Positions 54,261-64,000 of a stretch of DNA of 64,000 bases are shown here, in pieces. The stretch is taken from assembly GCF_009914755.1 (NCBI RefSeq), contig NC_060936.1; one strand, given 5' to 3'. A model generated the notes under the pieces. That model was not told the DNA's origin and did no database searches. It saw only the letters and a program-made list of their open reading frames with translations. This stretch comes from the human T2T-CHM13v2.0 reference genome, Homo sapiens. Position 1 is the first letter of the stretch; each line of letters starts with the position of its first letter. A program made the position numbers and the translations under genes.

Positions 54261-55289
54261 CTCAAGGGTCCTTCTAGAAGCTTCCAGAGAAGGTGTAAGG
54301 AACTTCACCCAAAATGCCAGGAAGTGAACAAGGTCAGGCCCCTCCCGTTCCTTCCCCCTCCCCAGCACAGGCAATCAGTGAACAGGAAGAAACAGTGGAG
54401 TGGAGGGAAAGAAAACAAGAAAATTAAGACGGCCAGGCCTTGGGCCATGAGGCTTCCTGGAACCCGGGACCTGGGGAGCTTCTGAGCAGGCGGAGTGTCT
54501 CCATATCTCACGCAGGCTTTGGGAGGAAAATCGCCCCCAACACCCACAGGGAGCCAGCCCCTGGGCCCTTTAAGGCTTCAAAGTCAAGAACGCAGCTTTT
54601 TGTGTTGTTTTTGTTTCTCTTTGCAAGACAGCTCCAGCCTGGCCACTTGTGGGCCAGCAGAGCTCAAGGTCATGTCCAAACAGGGGGAGGGAGACGAGGT
54701 AAATAAAAGGGATTCTCTTTTTGTTTTGCGTTTTTGATTTTTGACTGAGCCCTAGCGTTGAATTCTCCGCACAATTAATGTGTCTGTGGTGTCGGAGCTG
54801 CCAGCGCCTCCTGGAGCAGAAGGCCTGGACCGAACTCTCCTCCACAGAATCCTCCAGGCCCAAGATTTAAACCACAAACTCTCTGGGTTCAGCCTTGGGG
54901 GGTGTGGCTTATGGCCCCAGGGGCCTCTCTTTTGCTGACCACAGACATGGAATCACCCTCTGGACACTAAGGAACCTCCATGCAGGACCCACGAATGACA
55001 GTGCCAACAAGCCTGCAGCAAATCGCCACTGGGGCCAAGACTCATCCAGGAAAAACACCTTCATGGAGCAAGCCCTCCATGGGGACTCACTTCCATCCCA
55101 TTTGCTAGAAACCAAAGGCCAGGGTAAGGCGATTCCAGGTGGCTGAGCTTCGCCACGTTCTAGTTAATCAGGGTGCATCTCCCGGCGGAGGCACAGCAAG
55201 TACCGGCCATTCCGGGAAGGGACAGGGAATGTTTCCTGGAAACCCCAGGTGCTGGGCCTGGCCCCAGAAAGGCCAACCACAGCGGGACA

Positions 55290-55562
55290 CATCAACATGT
55301 ATGTGCAGACACATCAACACACAAGGACATGCATAAACACGTGTGTTCATGTGTGTCCATTTGCATGTACAGACACACCATGTGTGCCTGTGTCAACATA
55401 TGTAGGCACACATCAACACAGGTGTCTGCATACACATCATCACGTCGTCACACATCAAGGCAGGTGTGTGCATGCCTACACAGGTGTGTGTGTCACTGTT
55501 TTCACCATCAGCACTTGTGTACACACACCAACACACGTGTGTGCAAACACACACACACTCAC
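55290..55562. repeat. Degenerate CA/TG-rich low-complexity tract
   Basis: Repeated acacatcaaca and tgtgtg units. Confidence 0.75.
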
Positions 55563-57730
55563 GAAGACAGGGAGAGGCAAATCTACCAGGAGCAAATAAA
55601 CTAGACTCACACAAACTAAAAATAGCCCATGTTTTTCAGCCGTCGCCAGGGAGTAAGTTGAAGCTGTCTCTCACATGCTAGAAGGAGTAGGAAGTTCAAT
55701 GGCAGGAAAGAGGAAGAAAAACAAAACAGAATTGGCACACACCTGTGATCCAAGCTGTCCTCGAGGAGCCCCCTCCCCACCTGTGCCCAGTGATCAGTTC
55801 TAGGGCTTTGCCCCACATGTCCAAACAAGGGGGTCCTACAGGAAACGCCCGGTAGGTGGAGACACTGGGCCTCCCCCCCAGGTTCCGCAGGGGGGCTGAT
55901 AAAGGCGCAGAGCGGGCGGCCCCTGCAGGATGGGTGGGAGTCCAGCCCCCGGGGTCACTGGGAGCCCTGGGCTAGGAACAGGTGGCCTCCCCGGGAGCCT
56001 CACTTGGTGCCTTTGATTGGAGAACATGTCCCTGGTCTCAGACTACCCCCGGAAGGGAGAGGCCAGGGTGCACTCTGCACCAGCAAAGTTTGGCGGGGTG
56101 ATGATTAGGACAAAGCCTCGAAGGGACCCTGCTGTTCCCTGGTGATGCACAGAAAAGGAAGGGGCAGCCCAGGAAGAGAATATAAGAAGGGCACCCCCCG
56201 CCGCCCGCCTTAAGCATGCAGTCGACCTGCTCAGACACACGGAGAACCGGGAGGACGCAGTGCGCAGAGGCCACCGGGACCAGCTGTGGAGTCGGCCCCC
56301 AGACTTGAAATCCTGATTCAACCGCTTGGAGCTATGTGACATGGGGCAAGTTACTTTCCGCCTCTGTGCATCCATTTCCCTCAATAAAATAAGACACAAT
56401 AGTACCTATTTTAGATACTAAAATGAATAATGCACATAAACACTTGGAACAGTATCCGGCCACAACGAGTGCCCATTGACTGTTATCTCCCATCAACCCC
56501 CATCTTTTAACTGATTGACAAAGATTTCCCAAAAGGCACAAACTCAGGGACAGCCGGTGACATCCCTGGCTGGCCCTGGTGCCGGGGCTCCCCAAGGCTC
56601 ACTGTGTGGCTCTGGCTGAGGGAGGCAGGGGTGAGCTAAAGAGCCTGAGGCCAGGGCTGGGGGTCGCGCCCGCCTCATTCATTCTGTAACCTGACTGGTG
56701 TTGAAGGGGTGGCAAGGAGCTCAGGCGCTGCTATGGCCCTCGGGGACGCTGCAGTGACAGTGATGGGAAAGCCCCTGCCTCAGCAGATACAGGGGTATCA
56801 GGAAAAAAGCATGCAGGCAAAGATGACCGAAGGTTTTTGCCTCTACCCCAGGGGAAACAAAAGGAGGTGCCGTTTATTGAGACAGGGATCATAGGTGGGG
56901 GAAGCCCAGCAGCAGGACAAGGCAACCGAGGTTGAGTCCATCTAGAAAACCAACTTAAAGACAGCAGAGGGGACCCAGGTTCTCTCCTGGACATGGAAGA
57001 AGGCCATGAGGCCTATCATTGAAGATGGTGGTCTTGGAAGATGACCCCTTCCCTGCAGCCCAGCAGTAGTGAGGGGCCTCTCCCCACGTCCACCAGCTGG
57101 GCCTTCCTTGGAGGACCAGAGACATACGGGAACTTGGATGTGTGCCCCCCAGGACCTGAACCAGGCCTTCGTTACTCACCCACATACCTGAGCACAGCTG
57201 CATGCCAGGCTCAGATCCAGGGAATGGGAGCAAGAGTCCCCATTCTCATGGCATCTGCCTCTGGGACAGACAGACACCTTCACACACACACACACGTGCA
57301 CACATGCACGCACACACATACACTAGCGAGGTCACTTGGGGCAAATTACTCTCTTCAGCTTGTCTCCTTAACGGACACTGAAGACAATAAATCATATGTC
57401 ACGGCCCTCTGCAGGGACTAAATGAGACAATTTTCACAAAGGTGCTTTGAACCCTGCCTGGTGCACAGTAAGCTGCCCATGAATGGATGCCATGAAGTTC
57501 ACAATCGCGGCCCTTAGTGTGCCTGTCCAAACACCTCTCTCCAATCCTACCCACTGGCAGAAGGGAAAAGAAATGAGTTGCGCTTCCCCAAAGCCTCTCC
57601 AAGCAACCTCGACCACAGGGCCCCTTTGCAGTGTGCCTCATCGGTCTGTGTGGCGCATTCATCTGGCCAGTCTTTGAGGAAAACTATGTATCTGTTCATT
57701 CGTAATTTTTTTTTTAAGAGATGGGATTTT

Positions 57731-59326
<1,596 letters not shown>

Positions 59327-60253
59327 GTGAATAATGAAGACATGGTTCAGATCCCTGGGGGCACACATCCAAGTTCTGTGAAAAGGACATAGACATGAAA
59401 TGTGGACAAGAAGCCATTCTTAAGAAATTCAGTCTAAAGAAGCAGGCCAAAGGGAAAAAGATGTCAACTAGTGTGACAATATCCACATCTTCACCCCAGC
59501 TCATCATTGAAGACAGCAGCCTCGGAAGATGAGCATCCCTTTTTTGCAGCCCAGCTGCAGTGAGGGGCCTCTCCCCCATGTCCACCAGCTGGGCCTTCCT
59601 TGGAGGACCAGAGACACACGGGAACTTGGCTACCAAAAAATGGTAATGATAAATCAGTAATTACCAGTGATGGCAGAGATAGGGGAAGTAGCACAGTCCC
59701 ATACCTTGTGGGTGGATGCAGCAACAGAGCTGTGCAGAAGGGCAATTTGGCCGTAATCATCAAAACTCAAACTGAGCACACCTGCTCCCAAGGCCCCACT
59801 TCTAGAAATCCACCCTATGGAAATGTTCATGAACCACACGAAGAGGGATGTGTCGGGATATCGCTGTCATTTGTGACAGAGAAAATGATCAGTCAATGGA
59901 GAAACAGGTAAACAAGTCTATAACCATTCAAAGGAATACCAGCAGTGATGAAGGAAAACGCGGGGTAGACTTATTGCTGAGACATGGAAAATTTTTCAGC
60001 TGGTATCTTTGAATTGAAAAACAAATTGCAAGGTAATTATACATGTTCAAGTTCACCTACACTTAGTTCAAGTTATGTAAAATATATATTAATATGTATA
60101 CATACAGGCTCCTGGTACACAGAAAAGGGTCTAGAAAGATCCACATCAATGATGGTGATAATAGCTCAGGAGGGGAATAAAATGGGGGAAACTTTCTCTC
60201 TTTTCCTCCATTTGAACTTTTTTTTACAAGCAAGTATTCATATATTTTATATA

Positions 60254-60575
60254 AAGTCGTCCCTCAATGTCAGAGGGGAATTGGTTTCAGGACCCCCATA
60301 GATACCAAGATCTGCAGATGCTCAAGTCCCCGACATAAAATGCTGTGGTATTTGCATATCACCTATGCGCATCCTCCCGTATTCTTTAAATCATCTCTAG
60401 GTTACTTATAATACCTAATACGATGTAAATGCTATGTCAATAGTTGTTATACAGTATTGTTTTTATGTCTTTTTTTAGTTGTATTGTTATTTTGGGGGGA
60501 TTTTTTCTGAAAACTTTTCCTCTGCAGTTGATTGAATCCACGGATGCAGAACCTGCAGACACAGAGGGCCAACTG
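60254..60575. mobile_element. MER2 (Tigger-family) DNA transposon
   Basis: TIR-like ends agtcgtccctc ... gagggccaactg flanked by TA; internal ctttaaatcatctctaggttacttataatacctaata. Confidence 0.75.
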
Positions 60576-61007
60576 TAGGGACTTCTGTTGTTAACCAAAA
60601 AGCATATTAAAAAAAAATAATAAAAGCACAAGGCCTCCCATTCAAGTTGCACACAGACTCATGTAGCCAAAGAAAACACCAGCGGGCAGTCCCTGCTTAT
60701 GCGTGTGTCTCACCCGCCTGGTCCCCTGAACACAGGCTCTCTTCTTCCATGCTAAGGCACTTGGCCGCTGCTCCAGCCTGGGCGGTTCCAGAAGTGGCCG
60801 TCTTGGGCTGGGCGTGTCTTCCTGCCTTCACACCACTCGGCCCCAAACCAATCGCCTTTGGGATATCCACAGAAGGATGCTGGGAGGCTCCTGTTCAACT
60901 TTAAGCCAGATGCTCCTAGCTCCAGGACAATTGAGGACAATGTGGTTTTCCTCTTTAGAAGCCCAGGAGAGGAGTGGGGAAATTTGGTGGTGCATGCATG
61001 TGTGGTG

Positions 61008-61030
61008 CACACACACACACACACACACAC
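61008..61030. repeat. (CA)n microsatellite
   Basis: About 11 CA units. Confidence 0.9.
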
Positions 61031-62731
61031 CCTACTGACATACTTAACCTGATGACATCCTGAGAAAGAAAACACCTTGAAATAAGCCCCCGAATAACTG
61101 AGTTGGCAAGACTCTTTACCTGGCATAAGTCCCCACACTCCCATAGCAAGAGACCAGGTGCTCACTCAACAGCACAGGGTCACATGCTTGAACTGCCTGA
61201 GTGATAGCCCCTCTAGGGACCCTGCATACACACAGTGGGGTCCTGGCACTGCAGCAGCCACAAGGCTGTCACTGACACACACGTTTCAGTATGAGTAGGC
61301 CACAGAAAAATAAAGCTCCCTCAGTGTAACAGAGAAAGCCTCTGAGCTGTCATGGGGGAGAAGAGGCCATTCTGCTGATTTTCCTGCCATCCCCAGAGAC
61401 AGTGTCACCATCCACCGGGACCTCTTTGCAGTCAGATTACAGGCTTTGGCGGGACAAGATTTGAAAAATCAAAAATAGACACAACGTGGCTAAGATGCCC
61501 TAGACAACTGCTCACCCAGAGACCTTGAGAGAGACCATATGTTGCTCCATCTTTAAGGCCAGCTAGCTGGGTCCCAAGAAGTGTGGCAGCCAGATCTAAG
61601 CAGATCCTTCATTCATTCACTCATTCATTCGCTCTGTGAATGAGGGAACAGACATGAAATGTGGACAAGGAACCATTCTTAAGAAACCCAGTCCAAAGAG
61701 GCAGGCCAAGGGGAAAAGACGTCCATTAGAGTGACAATGTCCACATCTTCACCCCAGCTCTGCATCTGGCTAGAACTTTGATAAGAGTGAGCCCCAGTTT
61801 CCCCTCCCCGCCACTGCATGTGTGGGTTCCAGGGCTTCAAAACTCTAAATGGCTTTTAGTTCAAATGTGATACTCTGCAATCTCCCAGCCCTTCCCTAAC
61901 TCCAGGCTCATTCAAACAGGCCACCCAGGCACCCAGGGCAGAGTCTGTCCGTCTGCAGACCAGCTGACCGCCTAATCTGTCTCCCTGGTTGAAAGGGCAA
62001 TGGTATGCAAAGTTAGGATCAGAGGAAAGACCTAAGGCTGCGTGCACTCAGAGGACCTTGGGCTGCTGCCTGCCTCTGCATGAATCTGGGGAGAAAAGCG
62101 GCTTATAGTTTCCAGACTGAATCATGGAGGCAGTGAGCAGGGAGAACAGAGTCGCGCATTCTGCCTCTGGGAGAGGGTTCCTATGGGGAGATTCTGGGCA
62201 GTGGAGGATGCTCAGCTGAGCACCTACCATGTGAGCTGGGCACCCACGTGGGTCTCACAGAAGGTTCCTGTCCTCCTGGGCTCACAGGATACAAGCAAAG
62301 TGCAGCTCTAATTTTACCGGACCCTGCTACCGGCTGCTGTGAAAGCAGACGTTCACACACACTCTTGGGCTCCTTCGGGCGGCACCACGGAAGCAACCTG
62401 TCCACACTCCTGATCCGTCGTGGGCGCCCAGACCCTTTAGGGCGGGTCAGGCGCCCGGGTGGTCTCCCGTCCAGGCCTCCCCAACCCTGGCCTGCGCCTC
62501 CAGCAAAGCCCCTGGGTTCCCCCCTAGCCTCAGTCTGGGGCGGTGAGGGTGGTGGGGAGGCGGGCAGCAGCCCCTCCCGAAGCGCCTGGCCTCCCTCGTG
62601 CTCTGCGGCGCCAGGCCCGGGCGCCGATTCCGCTGCGGTCGCCCACCCACCGCAACGCGCGGGTCCTCCCGGCGCCCAGCGCCCAACAGCCCGGGTCCGT
62701 GCGCGGACCCCCTGGGGTCTCCCTCACCCAC

Positions 62732-62857
62732 CTTAAGGACCTGCTGCTTGATGAGCGACGGCACCATCACGATCATGACAGCGCCCAGCACAGCGCACAG
62801 TAGCCCCGCGACGCCCAGCGCCCCGGCAGCCCAGCGCGCTTTGGCGGAGCAGCCCAT
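62732..62857 (-). CDS. SCARB1: SCARB1 exon 1 CDS (126 nt, aa 1-42; N-terminal cytoplasmic tail and TM1)
   Basis: ATG at 62857-62855; MGCSAKARWAAGALGVAGLLCAVLGAVMIVMVPSLIKQQVLK; donor AAG|GTGGGT at 62731. Codon 2 is GGC (Gly). Confidence 0.98.
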
Positions 62858-63001
62858 GTCTGCGCGCCTGGGGCCCACCCGCGGCTCGCAGGGCTCCGCG
62901 CCTGGCAGGAGACGGGGACGGCGACAGAGACGACACAGGCGGGGACTCCGGGCACGCAGGCCGCAGAGGCACGGTGGATCCGGGACGGCAGCGCACGCAG
63001 G
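62858..63001 (-). other. SCARB1: SCARB1 5' UTR (approximate; TSS inferred)
   Basis: GC-rich, ATG-free sequence between the TATA-like CATAAAA (63032-63026) and the start codon. Confidence 0.7.
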
Positions 63002-63025
63002 AGCAGCCCGGCAGGTGGCCAGTGG

Positions 63026-63032
63026 TTTTATG
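63026..63032 (-). promoter_or_regulatory. TATA-like element CATAAAA
   Basis: Isolated AT-rich motif in a GC-rich promoter, about 170 nt upstream of the ATG. Confidence 0.65.
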
Positions 63033-63066
63033 CCCCATCGCCGGCGCCGCCGGACCGCCCCCGGGC

Positions 63067-63074
63067 AGCCTTGG
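63067..63074 (-). promoter_or_regulatory. SF-1/LRH-1 (NR5A) site CCAAGGCT
   Basis: Plus strand AGCCTTGG. SCARB1 is an established SF-1/LRH-1 target with a proximal promoter element. Confidence 0.7.
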
Positions 63075-63094
63075 GCTTCAGGATTCCGGCGGCA

Positions 63095-63175
63095 GGGGCG
63101 GGGCCTGAGCGGGCCCGGGGCGGGGTCGGGGCGGGGACGGGGCGGGGCGCTGATCGGACGGGCAGGGGGCGGGGC
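63095..63175. promoter_or_regulatory. GC-box (Sp1/KLF) array with G-quadruplex potential
   Basis: Repeated GGGGCGGGG motifs, e.g. cggggcggggtcggggcggggacggggcgggg. Confidence 0.8.
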
Positions 63176-63932
63176 CATGGCCGCCAAGACAAGCCCCGCC
63201 ATGCTGCCGCTGCCCCCACGGCCTCGCTTCCGTTTTGGGGCGGGAGCTGAGGAGGCCTCGTGGCCGCTGAGCCAAAACGTCTATGGGGCCTGGTGCCCCT
63301 CACCCTCTTGCTCCCTTCCCCTTTCTCCTACCCCTTCCCCCACCTATGTCTCCCCTCCTCCCAGCTCTCCCCTCTGAGCCCCTCACCCTTCCTTTTCCCT
63401 CCTCCTCCCTCTCCTCCTCTATCGGGACCATCATCATGGTTGGTCACTGTGAGTAGGACTTCGCCAGCCCACCCAGGAACCCCAGAGCCCTTACAACGGT
63501 CCACATGCCCCGCCACCACCTTCTAGACCCTCATCTCCGCAGTCCATCTCCAGCCTCACTGTCCCTGGAAGAAGCCCCGCAGGCTCCAGCCCCAGGGCCT
63601 CCATACACCCTGCACAGGCAATTCTGTTCTCCCAGGTATCCGCCTGGCCCTATCCTTCGTAACGCTGGTGCCACCATCACCCTATGACTGAGCACCCCCT
63701 GGCAGGTTCACGTTCATTTGCGTCCTTGCATTCTGACCATGTGCTCCAACTGGGATGCCAACCCGTGAGGCGGGCCCCCCCCCCCACGCGTCCTGAGCTC
63801 TAGAACGTGGCCTGGCAGGGAATGCCTGCTCACAGTAAATATTCTAGAATGAATGACTGAGGAGCCTTCTAGGTGCTGGCCCCTGTCCTGAGTGCTTTGC
63901 ACACAATGGCTCCATTTTACAATAAGAAAACT

Positions 63933-64000
63933 GGGAGGTGGCTCACGCCTGTAATCCCAGCACTTTGGGAGGCCGAGGCGGGTGGACTTCATGGATCACC
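63933..64000 (+). mobile_element. Alu 5' part, cut by the window edge
   Basis: ggtggctcacgcctgtaatcccagcactttgggaggccgaggcggg. Confidence 0.8.

Larger units (their letters stand above)
62400..63280. promoter_or_regulatory. CpG island spanning SCARB1 promoter, exon 1 and start of intron 1
   Basis: Very high GC content and dense CpG dinucleotides compared with the rest of the window. Confidence 0.92.

Noticed and set aside
55290-55562. Possible miRNA hairpin from CA/TG self-complementarity
   Set aside because: Low-complexity pairing only; no recognisable miRNA, tRNA or snoRNA anywhere in the window.
62447-63377. Long ORFs on both strands in the CpG island (251 aa minus, 259 aa plus)
   Set aside because: Stop codons are rare in GC-rich DNA; only the 42 codons of exon 1 are supported as coding.

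Overview
Human (or great-ape) genomic DNA containing the 5' part of SCARB1 (scavenger receptor class B type I, SR-BI/CLA-1, the HDL receptor) on the minus strand. It holds the CpG-island promoter near 63.0-63.2 kb, exon 1 (ATG at 62857), a 45,745-nt intron 1 and coding exons 2-7. All splice sites are GT-AG and in phase: 1009 coding nt = 336 codons + 1 nt. Exons 8 onward lie beyond the left edge. The rest is repeat-rich intron (about 50 Alu copies or fragments, old L1/L2/MIR, MLT1 LTRs, MER DNA transposons, microsatellites); nearly all other ORFs in the track are repeat artefacts. I see no second gene and no new multi-gene system. The best leads are all in intron 1: (1) an intact, sense-oriented HERV-E/Harlequin LTR2-family solo LTR with HRE, NR5A, TATA-like and AATAAA motifs, a possible alternative promoter or terminator; (2) a 15x41-bp CpG-rich minisatellite born inside an old L1, carrying 14 SRE-like cores and a higher-order structure; (3) a compact FXR-IR1/HNF4/GATA/NR5A motif cluster that looks like a liver or steroidogenic enhancer; (4) a mosaic of three locally templated segments, one inverted, fused to a truncated Alu. 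Repeat subfamily names come from recognising consensus sequences from memory and need RepeatMasker/Dfam confirmation. All functional claims are hypotheses.
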